From NCBI GenBank assembly GCA_965208125.1, contig OZ242320.1, positions 5,600,001 through 5,664,000 of the forward strand: DNA of 64,000 nt. The letters run 5' to 3'. The translations under genes and the position numbers were made by a program. This document shows positions 49,503 through 59,470 of this stretch, piece after piece (positions within the stretch are counted from its first letter, which is position 1; each line of letters starts with the position of its first letter). A model generated the notes under the pieces. The model did not search any database and was not told the origin of the DNA. It saw nothing but the letters and a program-made list of their open reading frames with translations. Origin of the DNA: Candidatus Latescibacterota bacterium. GTDB taxonomy: Bacteria > Latescibacterota > UBA2968.

Positions 49503-50051
49503 ATGGCTATCCCAAATCCTCTCGTTAAATTTACCTACGAAGATTACCTGAACACGCCCGAAGACAAGCGTTACGAACTTCTGGACGGGAATTTAGTTGC
49601 GCTTTCTTCACCGGAAGAATTTCATCAACGAGTTTCCATCCTATTAGGGTCGAAATTGGTTCAGGTCGCAGTTGAGAATCGCCTAGGGAAGGTCTATCAC
49701 GCACCCTTCGACGTGGTGCTATCGAACACGGATGTGGTGCAACCCGATCTGATCTTCGTCTCCAATGAACGCGCCGATATCATCACCCCCGCGAACATTC
49801 AGGGCGCGCCGGACCTCGTCGTCGAAATCCTATCTCCCTCCACAGCCACACGCGACAAGACCATCAAGCGCAGCCTGTATGCCAGGCACGGTATAAACGA
49901 GTATTGGATGGTAGATCTGACCGAAAAAACCATAACAATCCTGCGTCTCGGCGAGCGTGGATTCGAGGTCGTCGATACCTACGGCGAAGGGGAAATATTG
50001 ACTTCGCCCACATTGCAAGGATTCACTTTAAGCCTCGACGACATATTTTAA
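49503..50051 (+). CDS. Uma2 family endonuclease (DUF820)
   Basis: RYELLDG, HQ, VQPDL, GAPDLVVEILSPST, EYWMVD. Confidence 0.93.
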   Translation: MAIPNPLVKFTYEDYLNTPEDKRYELLDGNLVALSSPEEFHQRVSILLGSKLVQVAVENRLGKVYHAPFDVVLSNTDVVQPDLIFVSNERADIITPANIQGAPDLVVEILSPSTATRDKTIKRSLYARHGINEYWMVDLTEKTITILRLGERGFEVVDTYGEGEILTSPTLQGFTLSLDDIF

Positions 50052-50070
50052 GACAGCCTTGACAACATTA

Positions 50071-50117
50071 AAAAGTTCGGCTATTTTGCAATCCCACTGC
50101 AAAATAGCCGAGTTTTT
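50071..50117. terminator. Long inverted repeat, probably a bidirectional terminator
   Basis: AAAAAGTTCGGCTATTTTGCA-7nt-TGCAAAATAGCCGAGTTTTT. Confidence 0.65.
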
Positions 50118-50188
50118 CATCTCAAAATGTACATTTTCCGTACACTTGAATCCTTTGTCGCATCTTCCCGATTTCCCTTCTCATCTTA

Positions 50189-51148
50189 ATGATACCCGAC
50201 CTCTTACCCTTAAAACCCTACCTCCGCGAAACCGTCTGGGGGGGGCGCAGTCTGGGGACATACTACAACAAAGCACTTCCCCCGGATGTGCCCATTGGCG
50301 AATCGTGGGAAGTCTCGGCTTACAAAGGGATGGAAAGCATCGTTGCAGACGGTCCCCTTGCCGGACAAAACCTCGCCGACCTCGTCGCAATTTATGGCGC
50401 AGAACTCCTCGGACAAAGCGTTATCCAGCGTTACGGTACTGAATTCCCATTGCTCATCAAGCTCCTCGACGCGCGCGACGACCTCTCCATCCAGGTACAT
50501 CCCGACGATACTTATACCCGTACAGAAAACCTGGGTACCTATGGCAAAACAGAAGCGTGGTACGTACTCAAATCAGACCAGGGGCGCGTAGCGTGCGGCT
50601 TGAAAGACGGCGTGGACAAACACAGCTTGAAATCATCCATCCGAGAAAACCGCGTCCAGGACACCGTGCAATTCTTCAATGTACAGGAAGGCGATGTAAT
50701 CTTCGTACCGCCCGGCACAGTACACGCCCTGTGCCAGAACGTCATGATCTACGAAGTACAACAATCCAGCGACCTCACCTTTCGCATCTACGACTACAAC
50801 CGCCCCGGCACCGACGGCAAGCCGCGCGAACTGCACATTGATCGCGCCCTCGACGTCATCGCCTTTGACGCACCCGCGCCAGAACCGTGGAACTCACGCC
50901 ACGAAGCAAACACCACACTCATCGGAGCAGAAGACACCGAATACTTCCGTCTCGAACGCTTCGCTCCTGCAGGCACCGTCCAGCACACCTATCCCACATT
51001 CGCGGCACTCACCATCCTCTCTGGCAAGGCTCGACTCAACAAAACTTACACAGCTCAAACAGGCGACACCTTCTTCATCCCGGCCAATCGCACCATCACC
51101 GTCTCACCTGATGAACAGGTAGAATATTTGATCTCATCATGTGGGTAA
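50189..51148 (+). CDS. manA: Mannose-6-phosphate isomerase, class I
   Basis: VWGG, IGESWE, FPLLIKLLDA..LSIQVHP, GKTEAWY, GTVHAL, EVQQSSDLTFR. Confidence 0.92.
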   Translation: MIPDLLPLKPYLRETVWGGRSLGTYYNKALPPDVPIGESWEVSAYKGMESIVADGPLAGQNLADLVAIYGAELLGQSVIQRYGTEFPLLIKLLDARDDLSIQVHPDDTYTRTENLGTYGKTEAWYVLKSDQGRVACGLKDGVDKHSLKSSIRENRVQDTVQFFNVQEGDVIFVPPGTVHALCQNVMIYEVQQSSDLTFRIYDYNRPGTDGKPRELHIDRALDVIAFDAPAPEPWNSRHEANTTLIGAEDTEYFRLERFAPAGTVQHTYPTFAALTILSGKARLNKTYTAQTGDTFFIPANRTITVSPDEQVEYLISSCG

Positions 51149-51152
51149 ATCG

Positions 51153-51419
51153 CTAAACCTGTGCTTCGCCGTAGAGGTCAATGCGGGCGCGGAGGGAGGG
51201 TTTGATGAAAACATCATCGAGGGGCAATTGGGAAAAGGCGTGTGCGAGGATATCGACCTGCGTGGGCACGTCGAGGCGGTAATCGAGAATCAGGCGCTGT
51301 TCGCCGCGCACCACACACAGGCCACCTGTACCACCCATGAGATCTTCGCGGAATAGGGGAATATTCAGGCGATGAGCAAGGGCTTCAAATTCTTGCAGAA
51401 GTTGGGAATCGGTCATCAT
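51153..51419 (-). CDS. Conserved-looking hypothetical protein (88 aa)
   Basis: GGLC...G...LI.D and D.VFI.P.LR pattern; fills the gap between convergent genes. Confidence 0.6.
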   Translation of the reverse strand: MMTDSQLLQEFEALAHRLNIPLFREDLMGGTGGLCVVRGEQRLILDYRLDVPTQVDILAHAFSQLPLDDVFIKPSLRARIDLYGEAQV

Positions 51420-51523
51420 ATAAAAATTGGGAAAGAAACTGGAGGAAAGTCACATCTGATATTTGCAAATATAGCGAAAAAAAAGAAATGCACAACTGGA
51501 TCGGCGAAGGTCGGTCCAGTTTT

Positions 51524-53161
51524 TTATGTAATAATATGCTCTTTGATATATTCTTTCAGAGCAGATAACGTATTTACATCCCCCGGCAAGAGCGGGAGAC
51601 CACCAATGCCATAGGACAGACTGGTGTAAAAAGCATGAGTCTGATACGCGGAATCTACCTGAGCGGGAAACAGAACAACAGCACTTTTGAGAATGCGTTG
51701 AAAATCTGTATCTATCACCTGGCCAATAGCGTCTCTATAAGCGTGCATCTTGTCAATATCTTCGCGCATGGGAATCCACGTCCCATTGTAATCTTCGCGG
51801 CGATATTTGGCGTCAAATGCATAAATAGCGCGCTCGCTACTGGATTTAGGCATTCCAGCACATGCATTCGAGTTGTTGATCTCGATAATCATATCGGGTC
51901 TCAGATCGTGGGTGAGCGCGCGTCCCGACGAAGTGGTATAGGTCATATTGTAGAGACAACGGATGCGGTGTTCGCCGCGCTGAAGATATATCGCAGAGGC
52001 TTCGCCCTGCGCGGGAGAAACGCTCAGACCGCGGTTGGTCAGGTGAAAAAGGTTATCGTCGCGGATCGGAACAAAGCCGATATCACATAAAGTGTGAACG
52101 AGCGTAAAATAGACCCAGTATTCGTAAAGTGCGTGCGTATCGCGAAAGGATAGATCAAACGGGCCACCCGTACAGGGCGCGAGCGCGTAGTTGAGATCCC
52201 GGATGAGCGCGAAAGCCGTCTGGTAACGCACATCGATATGAACGGGTAAAGTGTCATCGCGTCGCGCAGGGGGCAAAGGGAGCAAACGCAAGCAGCGATC
52301 CACGTATATTTTTAAACGATGTCCCAAATCGGTATGTGCGATAGATCTCGCGCGCAGTGACAGACGCTTTAAGCGTGCAACGAGATGGCGATTGAGCGGC
52401 GTGTCAATATCGGAATGGCGATGGGTCTCGCGCAAATGCGTACAGGCGACATCGTCCGCTATAGGCAAGTGTGAGAGATCGGTCCCTCTATGCGTCCAGA
52501 ATTGTGGCGAGCGAATCATATCGACAATCGCATCGGGGTCGCGGCCCTGTGCGCGATCAACCGCGCGGATGTGTTGAACGGTTTTGAGACGGCGATGCGG
52601 GCGTTTGAGAATCGCATGTAAAGCGCGGACCAGTTGATTCAGAAGACGATCCAGCACTTGATGAAAGTCTAAATTGCTGCCCCTATCATCTATCAGACGA
52701 GTCGTAATACGGGTTTGATCGGGCAAAAGGTAAACGAGTTCGCGGCTGATGCGATCGAGATCGGCGCGCATGATTTGATAATCGGTTTCGTAGTCGAGAT
52801 GTGAGGGGCGCACATCGAGTTCGGCATAGAGTAGATCGACATGATCTGAGCGAATGCAAAAACGAATATGTCCCGGATGATCGCCCGTAGCGAGCCGCCC
52901 CCACAGCGCGTGACCGTCGCGGAGAAAACCGAGGGTCTCAGCAGGTTGATCGTCAATATAGACCGAAATATCTTTCTCATTGAGCGGACGAATGAGGCAG
53001 TTGCATTCAGTAGCTTCAAATAGATGGTCAGCAATCACATTACCCTGCACGGGAGAGAGCAAAATGCGGGCGTGTTCATTTTCTGCGACAAGACCATCGG
53101 ATGTCTGGGTGAAGGATGTGCGGATATGTTGACCTGAGTCCATTGTTCGCGTAGATTTCAA
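51524..53161 (-). CDS. DUF2357 + PD-(D/E)xK nuclease (McrC-like partner)
   Basis: DT..NR, LYEYW, RPDMIIE...FDAKYR, DIDKMHAYRDAI, IGGLP..P. Confidence 0.82.
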   Translation of the reverse strand: MKSTRTMDSGQHIRTSFTQTSDGLVAENEHARILLSPVQGNVIADHLFEATECNCLIRPLNEKDISVYIDDQPAETLGFLRDGHALWGRLATGDHPGHIRFCIRSDHVDLLYAELDVRPSHLDYETDYQIMRADLDRISRELVYLLPDQTRITTRLIDDRGSNLDFHQVLDRLLNQLVRALHAILKRPHRRLKTVQHIRAVDRAQGRDPDAIVDMIRSPQFWTHRGTDLSHLPIADDVACTHLRETHRHSDIDTPLNRHLVARLKRLSLRARSIAHTDLGHRLKIYVDRCLRLLPLPPARRDDTLPVHIDVRYQTAFALIRDLNYALAPCTGGPFDLSFRDTHALYEYWVYFTLVHTLCDIGFVPIRDDNLFHLTNRGLSVSPAQGEASAIYLQRGEHRIRCLYNMTYTTSSGRALTHDLRPDMIIEINNSNACAGMPKSSSERAIYAFDAKYRREDYNGTWIPMREDIDKMHAYRDAIGQVIDTDFQRILKSAVVLFPAQVDSAYQTHAFYTSLSYGIGGLPLLPGDVNTLSALKEYIKEHIIT

Positions 53162-53222
53162 AAGGGTTTGTCTTCAACCATTTTACGGAGGTCGCCTGTG
53201 ATAGTGAATATAAGGAGGAGTT

Positions 53223-53861
53223 GTGATTCGTGCAATTTTGTGGGACAATGATGGCGTGCTGGTAGATACCGAAGGTCTGTACTTTCAGGCGGGACATGAG
53301 ATATTGGCAACACAAGGCGTTGAACTAACGCATAGGGATTTTGCCGAACAGTCGCTACAAAAAGGACTGAGTGTATTCGATTTTCTGCCCGATCAAAATG
53401 CCGAATTGATTGAGGAACTGCGCTTGAAACGCAATGCGCGGTACAGCGCATTATTAGCCGAAGGCGTGCAGGTCGTGGATGGCGTGGTCGAAACACTCGA
53501 AATATTCCATGGCAGCGTACAAATGGGCATTGTAACGGGTTCTCGCAGAGATCACTTCGACATTGTTCACGCAAAGACGGATTTACTCCCATTCTTCGAT
53601 TTTGTGCTGGCAAGAGAAGATTACGAAGAAGCAAAACCACATCCAGATGCGTATTTGACGGCCATGCGATTGCACGGGCTACAACCCGATGAGTGTGTTG
53701 TTGTGGAGGATTCTGAGCGCGGATGTGTCGCGGCAGCAGCGGCTGGCTTGCGCGTACTCGCTGTGCCAAATGCACTGTCGAAATACGGAGACTTTTCATC
53801 TGCGTACAAAATACTGAACTCGGTGCGAGATGTCGTAGATGAAATAGAGAAGTTGGATTGA
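53223..53861 (+). CDS. HAD-superfamily phosphatase (IA)
   Basis: WDNDGVLVDTE, VTGS, KPHPD, VEDS..G. Confidence 0.92.
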   Translation: MIRAILWDNDGVLVDTEGLYFQAGHEILATQGVELTHRDFAEQSLQKGLSVFDFLPDQNAELIEELRLKRNARYSALLAEGVQVVDGVVETLEIFHGSVQMGIVTGSRRDHFDIVHAKTDLLPFFDFVLAREDYEEAKPHPDAYLTAMRLHGLQPDECVVVEDSERGCVAAAAAGLRVLAVPNALSKYGDFSSAYKILNSVRDVVDEIEKLD

Positions 53862-53872
53862 AAAGGATAAAA

Positions 53873-53898
53873 TGTAGGGGCGACCCTCGTGGTCGCCC
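53873..53898 (+). repeat. GTAG-type REP-like palindrome
   Basis: TGTAGGGGCGACC-CTCGT-GGTCGCCC, just after the HAD stop. Confidence 0.65.
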
Positions 53899-53930
53899 GC
53901 ACACTTAACAAACAAAATGAGGTATGTGTG

Positions 53931-56003
53931 ATGAGTGAATTAAAAAACAATCCTTTACTTGTCAAAGAAGGATTGCCGCGGTACGACGAAATTGATCCAG
54001 AGCACGTTGTACCGGGCGTAAAACATATGCTATCAGAAGCAGAGAAACAGATTGCGGCATTAGAGCAAAACATGACCCCATCGTGGGATGGATTGCTCGT
54101 CCCGCTCGAAGAACTCGACGTACCCTTTTCTTATGCCTGGGGACCGGTGAGCCATCTCCTAAGTGTAAAAAATTCCGATGACTTGCGCGAAGCACACGAG
54201 GCCGTTTTGCAAGATGTCGTGGCATTTGGGCTGCGCGTGCGGCAAAGCCGACCCATTTACGAAGGCCTGGTGGCAATTCGAAACGGCGAGGAATGGGCAA
54301 AGCTGGACGAGGCTCAAAAGCGATGTATCGAGCTGAAAATTCGCACAGCCGAACACGCCGGAGTGGGATTAGAGGGCACAGCAAAGGAACGCTTTAACGA
54401 AATCGCCAAAGAATTGTCGCAAATCAGCACAGATTTTTCCAATCATGTACTGGATGCGACCAAAGCCTATGAACTAATTATTGAAAATAAAAAAGATATA
54501 GAAGACTGGCCGAACAGTTTGAGACAAGTGACCGCGCAATCATACGCGCAGGCCAATGAGGGCAGCGAAGCCACACCGGAAAATGGTCCCTGGCGCATTA
54601 CACTGGATTTCCCGAGCTTTTATCCCTTTATGCAACACCATCGCGTGCGCGACCACCGCGAGCAAGTGTACAAAGCCTATGTCCAGCGCGCATCCTCTGG
54701 CGAATGGGACAACAGCAAGTTGATAGCGCGCACCTTAAAATTGCGCAAAGAGCAATCTGCACTCCTGGGTTTTGAGACGTATGCGGACAGGAGTCTGAAT
54801 ATCAAAATGGCCCCCGATGTCGCCGCAGTCGAGCGCATGATCGGCGAATTGCAGGCGGCTTCGCAGCCCCATAGTGAAAATGATTTTGGCGCGCTGGAAG
54901 CACTGGCAAAGGCAAATGGTCAGGAAGAGCCAGTCATGCACTGGGATACGTCCTTCTGGTCAGAGCGATTGCGCGAGCAAAAATTTGATTATACCGACGA
55001 CCAGTTGCGCCCATATTTTCCACTTCCCAAAGTACTCGATGGCATGTTTGCATTGGCAGAACGCCTTTTTGATATTGAGATCGCGCGGGCAGATGATGAA
55101 AACGCGCACAAATGGCATGACGATGTGCAATTCTTCAAAGTGCTCCGCGATGGCGAGCGCATCGCGTCGTTTTATCTGGACCCCTATTCTCGTCCAGCAG
55201 AAAAGCGCGGTGGCGCGTGGATGAACGACTGCCTGGGAAGGCGATGGCTCAACGGCGAACTTCGCTTGCCCGTAGTACATCTCGTGTGCAACGGCACGCC
55301 ACCTGTGGGAGACACGCCATCGCTGATGAGTTTTTCAGAAGTAGAAACCCTGTTCCACGAGTTTGGACACGGGTTGCAGGGCATGTTGACAACCGTTGAT
55401 TATGCCGATGTAGCGGGGTTGCACGGCGTGGAATGGGATGCCGTGGAGATTGCCAGCCAGTTCATGGAAAACTGGTGCTACCAAAAGCCCACACTGATTG
55501 GAATGACCGCACACGTAGAAACGGGTGAGCCTTTGCCTGATGATCTATTTGAAAAAATCGTCGCCGCACGCACATTTCAGGCGGGATCTCTTATGATGCG
55601 CCAGTTGTCCTTCGGAAAAACGGACATGCTACTGCATTCTGCCTACGACCCGGATGGCGAAGAAACGGCTTTTGATATAGAGCGCCGGGTAACCGAGGAA
55701 ATGTCCGTATTACCCCCCCTACCAGAGAGTCGATTCTTGTGCTCATTCTCCCATATTTTTGCCGGAGGCTATGCCGCCGGATATTACAGCTACAAATGGT
55801 CAGAGGTGTTGAGCGCAGATGCCTTCGGCGCGTTTGAAGAGGCCGGACTGGATGACGAAGAAGCCGTGAAAGCAACCGGACGCAAATTCCGCGACACGAT
55901 TCTCGCACAGGGCGGCAGCAAACACCCGATGGATGTGTATCGAGAATTTCGCGGACGCGAGCCGAGCACAGAGGCATTGCTGCGACACAATGATCTGTTG
56001 TAA
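53931..56003 (+). CDS. prlC: Oligopeptidase A (M3 family)
   Basis: Start MSELKNNPLL; KRGGAWM, FHEFGH, VEWDAVE, FSHIFAGGYAAGYYSYKW. Confidence 0.93.
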   Translation: MSELKNNPLLVKEGLPRYDEIDPEHVVPGVKHMLSEAEKQIAALEQNMTPSWDGLLVPLEELDVPFSYAWGPVSHLLSVKNSDDLREAHEAVLQDVVAFGLRVRQSRPIYEGLVAIRNGEEWAKLDEAQKRCIELKIRTAEHAGVGLEGTAKERFNEIAKELSQISTDFSNHVLDATKAYELIIENKKDIEDWPNSLRQVTAQSYAQANEGSEATPENGPWRITLDFPSFYPFMQHHRVRDHREQVYKAYVQRASSGEWDNSKLIARTLKLRKEQSALLGFETYADRSLNIKMAPDVAAVERMIGELQAASQPHSENDFGALEALAKANGQEEPVMHWDTSFWSERLREQKFDYTDDQLRPYFPLPKVLDGMFALAERLFDIEIARADDENAHKWHDDVQFFKVLRDGERIASFYLDPYSRPAEKRGGAWMNDCLGRRWLNGELRLPVVHLVCNGTPPVGDTPSLMSFSEVETLFHEFGHGLQGMLTTVDYADVAGLHGVEWDAVEIASQFMENWCYQKPTLIGMTAHVETGEPLPDDLFEKIVAARTFQAGSLMMRQLSFGKTDMLLHSAYDPDGEETAFDIERRVTEEMSVLPPLPESRFLCSFSHIFAGGYAAGYYSYKWSEVLSADAFGAFEEAGLDDEEAVKATGRKFRDTILAQGGSKHPMDVYREFRGREPSTEALLRHNDLL

Positions 56004-56060
56004 TACTAATCGTATGAATTAACTTGGCATGGTCTATTGCCTGCTTAATCTGTCGCAGAG

Positions 56061-56120
56061 TCGGGAAAAGGATTTCCCTCCTACAACTCGCTTACTGTTG
56101 GAGCGGCATCCCAGCCGCGA
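56061..56120. repeat. Pair of divergent REP-like palindromes
   Basis: TCGGGAAAAGGATTTCCCTCCTACA (reverse GTAG type) followed by TGTTGGAGCGGCATCCCAGCCGCGA. Confidence 0.5.
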
Positions 56121-56194
56121 TCACCCAATTTCGAGAACCTAATGCAAGATTGCTATATCTGATTAGTATAACTCAGGGGATAAAGGGATTCACA

Positions 56195-57487
56195 ATGTTA
56201 GAGTTCATGTACGACTGGTCACTCAGCCTGGGTGTCGAACCAGAGATGGCTAAAAATTGGACTGCACCACTATTGGTGGGCCTGTGCATTCTGTTGCTCA
56301 GTGTAATTGCCGATTTTATCGTGAAGCGCATAGCCCTGCGAACGCTAAAGTATGTGATTGAAAAAACGACAACACCCTGGGACGATGCATTTGTGGAGCA
56401 TCGGGTTCTGGACCGGTTGGCACATCTGGCCCCAGCGGTGGTCATCTACCTTTTGGCCGATTTGCCATTTGCGGGAATGACAGAAGCAGACCGGGATTAT
56501 TGCGTAGCGATTGTTCGGGATGCCGTACAGATTTTTGTCGTAATCATCAGCATCTGGGTGGTTGCAGCATTTCTCAATGCCGCGCTATCTGTTTATCAGA
56601 CATTTGAGATCTCTCGCGAAGTCCCCGGCAGGGGTTTCGTGCAGGTCTTGAAAATAGTGACGTATTTTGTAGGCGGCATTTTGATTTTGTCAATTTTGTT
56701 AGATCGCAATCCCGTATATTTCCTGAGCGGGTTGGGTGCATTGATGGCCGTACTTTTGCTGGTATTCAAAGACGCCATCCTGGGACTGGTCGCGGGCATA
56801 CAACTGAGCGCGAATAAAATGGTCGCCGTGGGCGATTGGATTGAGATGCCGAAATACGGTGCAGACGGGGATGTCATTGAAGTGGCATTGACCACCATAA
56901 AAGTGCAAAATTGGGACAAAACAATTACTTCAATCCCTTCCTATTCATTGATCAGCGAATCGTTTAAAAACTGGCGCGGCATGCAGGAATCGGGTGGCCG
57001 TCGGATCAAGCGGTCCATTTTAATCGATATTCAAACAATCAAATTTTGCGACGAAGAGATGTTGACGCGGTTTTCAAAAATCAAATACATCGCTGCCTAT
57101 ATCGAACACAAGAAAGACGAACTCGCAAAATTCAATCAGACGCAAGAGATAGATGAGTCGAGCCTGGTAAATGGGCGCCGCATGACCAACGTAGGCACGT
57201 TTCGGGCATACATCGTCGCGTATTTGCGTAATCATCCAAAAGTCAACATGGAAATGACATTTTTGGTGCGACAACTGCCGCCACAAGAACACGGCTTACC
57301 AATAGAAATTTACGTTTTCTGCAGCGATACGGTATGGGCGAATTACGAAGCGATTCAGGCGGATATTTTCGACCACATCCTATCCGTAGTGCCCGAATTT
57401 GACCTCAGCGTATTTCAGGCACCAACAGGACACGATTTTAAGCATCTCAGTAAAAGATTTATACCGCCACCGGGCCGAAGAGGCTGA
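56195..57487 (+). CDS. Mechanosensitive channel, MscS/YbdG-like
   Basis: Start MLEFMY; FKD.ILGLVAGIQ, GDWIEMP, KVQNWDKT, NWRGM.ESGGRRIKR, YEAIQADIFDH. Confidence 0.92.
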   Translation: MLEFMYDWSLSLGVEPEMAKNWTAPLLVGLCILLLSVIADFIVKRIALRTLKYVIEKTTTPWDDAFVEHRVLDRLAHLAPAVVIYLLADLPFAGMTEADRDYCVAIVRDAVQIFVVIISIWVVAAFLNAALSVYQTFEISREVPGRGFVQVLKIVTYFVGGILILSILLDRNPVYFLSGLGALMAVLLLVFKDAILGLVAGIQLSANKMVAVGDWIEMPKYGADGDVIEVALTTIKVQNWDKTITSIPSYSLISESFKNWRGMQESGGRRIKRSILIDIQTIKFCDEEMLTRFSKIKYIAAYIEHKKDELAKFNQTQEIDESSLVNGRRMTNVGTFRAYIVAYLRNHPKVNMEMTFLVRQLPPQEHGLPIEIYVFCSDTVWANYEAIQADIFDHILSVVPEFDLSVFQAPTGHDFKHLSKRFIPPPGRRG

Positions 57488-57570
57488 AAGCCCAATTCGC
57501 AAATATTAAATTACTGGTTTTTTATATTCTGAATCCTGAATATCGGCAAAAAATCGACTTTATATTTTTT

Positions 57571-57604
57571 AAGCCCTGCTCAAGCAAGCAGGGCTTTTAT
57601 TTTT
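57571..57604 (+). terminator. Intrinsic terminator
   Basis: AAGCCCTGCT-loop-AGCAGGGCTTTT. Confidence 0.7.
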
Positions 57605-57618
57605 GGGATTCTATATCA

Positions 57619-57714
57619 ATATCGCAAAAAAATGGAAACTGGGACAAATTTTGAACTTCAGGACAAACTTACGAGGTTGACATCTAAGGGCAAATAGGGC
57701 CTATTTTTTAGAGC
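57619..57714 (+). promoter_or_regulatory. Repeated AraC-tail/operator/promoter module, copy A
   Basis: TATCGCAAAAAAATGGAAACTGGGACAAA..GGACAAA..TTGACA; aligns with 60230-60320 and 60750-60844. Confidence 0.7.
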
Positions 57715-57814
57715 GATATATCGTCTATAAGGACGCGGTAGTTCAAACCGTGTGCAGGACACACATCCGTTGAGATTGCTCTCAACACAACCATTTTTCA
57801 AAGGAGTAGCAGCT

Positions 57815-58456
57815 ATGAAACACCTGCGTAAATCTATCGTTATAGGCGTCATGGCTCTGGTAGCCATAAACTTCCCCACCTCCATTTTCGGCCAGACTGC
57901 AATCGCCATTCAGGGCGGCCTGAGCCGGGCGACAGTGGGCGGAAATGATGCAGAAAATGCGGACGCGCGCATCGGCATCACGCTCGGTGCTTCTGCTACT
58001 ATCCCAATACAGGACAAATTCAGCCTTCGACTCGGTGGCAACTATGTGCAGAAGGGAGCCAAGACCGAGGAGGAGGGGCTTGAGGGTAAGCTCAATGCAG
58101 ATTACATCGAGCTTTCGGGCCTGGGCGTCTTCAACCTCGCGCCATCTGAAAGTCAGGCTTCAGTATATATGCTCGTTGGGCCATCAGTGGCATTCAATAC
58201 CAAGTGTGAAGGCTCTGTCTCAGGCACCATTCTCTCAGAGAGCATCAACATATCATCGGACTGCGGTGAGGAGACCAAAAGTTTTGACTTGGGTATTACT
58301 GGAGGGATCGGTACTGAGATGGCGATGTCCGAAGGAATGACATTCTCAGTCGAGTTGCTGTACACTTTGGGAATCCTATCGATTGCCGAAGGAGAGGATG
58401 TTAAGAACCGAGCCATTGCTCTCCAGGTCGGTGTCGGCTTTCCTATAGGAAAATAG
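57815..58456 (+). CDS. Outer-membrane beta-barrel, porin/PorT-like
   Basis: AGGAG RBS, start MKHLRK; NYVQKG, YIEL, GPS, FDLG...GIG, ..GVGFP. Confidence 0.75.
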   Translation: MKHLRKSIVIGVMALVAINFPTSIFGQTAIAIQGGLSRATVGGNDAENADARIGITLGASATIPIQDKFSLRLGGNYVQKGAKTEEEGLEGKLNADYIELSGLGVFNLAPSESQASVYMLVGPSVAFNTKCEGSVSGTILSESINISSDCGEETKSFDLGITGGIGTEMAMSEGMTFSVELLYTLGILSIAEGEDVKNRAIALQVGVGFPIGK

Positions 58457-58471
58457 TGACAGGCAAAATTT

Positions 58472-58516
58472 AAAAAAGGCGATCCATTATGCAATGGATT
58501 TGGATCGCCTTTTTTT
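58472..58516 (+). terminator. Intrinsic terminator
   Basis: AAAAAAGGCGATCCA...TGGATCGCCTTTTTT. Confidence 0.7.
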
Positions 58517-58901
58517 AAATGTCAATCACTCAGGCGCGCCACAATTCACCGTGGATATTAACTTCAAATCGGACACTTGATTGATAAATTTTCGACCCAT
58601 AAAAATTATAAATCTCTATAATACGATTTATAGAATTGTCAATTTTTTTGAAACTTTATACGGGACAAAGCGTGAGAAACAGAACAGGGGCAGATGGCAA
58701 AATTGATTGACAAGCCTTATCGCGCCTTTCCTACCATATCAGCAGCATTGACGTTGTTTTCGTATTCTTTCGGGAGGGAATTGCCACGATCAATAGTGTG
58801 AACGGTTTTCTTTAAGCTGTTGACAAACAAATATTTATGCAACTTGGAATTCGGAGTCTGTAAGTTGTTCAGACAAATCCTTACAAATCCAATTTGCAAA
58901 A

Positions 58902-59321
58902 CTATTCACACGGTTGGTCATGGCACTTTCTCTCACATCCTTTCCCTTCGCGCTCGGCTTCACCAGTCTGCTGAGCCGGATATCCTCGTTTTACCCGCGG
59001 TCGCTTTCCCCCCAGACCAGCAGCTTTTCCCCTTCTCTGGATCTGGATAGTTCTAAAAGCGATCGTGCAGTATCCTCTCTTGGTGTACCTCCCAATCACG
59101 CTGTTTTCCTTCAGATTTTCCGCATAGATATTCCAGGCATGTACCACATGGACTTGTCTCGTGATGACTCTACACGGGACAGGTCTATGCGGTATATCAG
59201 CGGTATTTCTGCGTGTATTGAATCCGATGTAACTCGGTGCATCGTGGCAAGAAGCGCATATCGATTTTGCTATCGTCATTGCGGCATGCTTAAAGCCGTA
59301 ATCCACAGGTAAACCTGCCAT
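58902..59321 (-). pseudogene. Possible decayed universal-stress-protein-like remnant
   Basis: AGGAG RBS before ATG 59321; short segments VHVVHAW and VKRGYPAQQ recall the Usp fold, the rest is not protein-like. Confidence 0.25.
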
Positions 59322-59470
59322 ACTGGACTCCTGCCCCAGCAGGAGTGACGGTAATCTATATGAAATACGCCATGATGTAACTCAGAGTGTTTGCAAAGGA
59401 TCTGATGCAGGCGATGTATTGCCCAATGCCCGGTCCCTTTCACAGCAAAATTCAACAATGCGGGGAATAT

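Noticed and set aside
48431-50051. Integron cassette array
   Set aside because: No attC-like inverted repeats recognised between the ORFs, some ORFs overlap, and no integrase is present.
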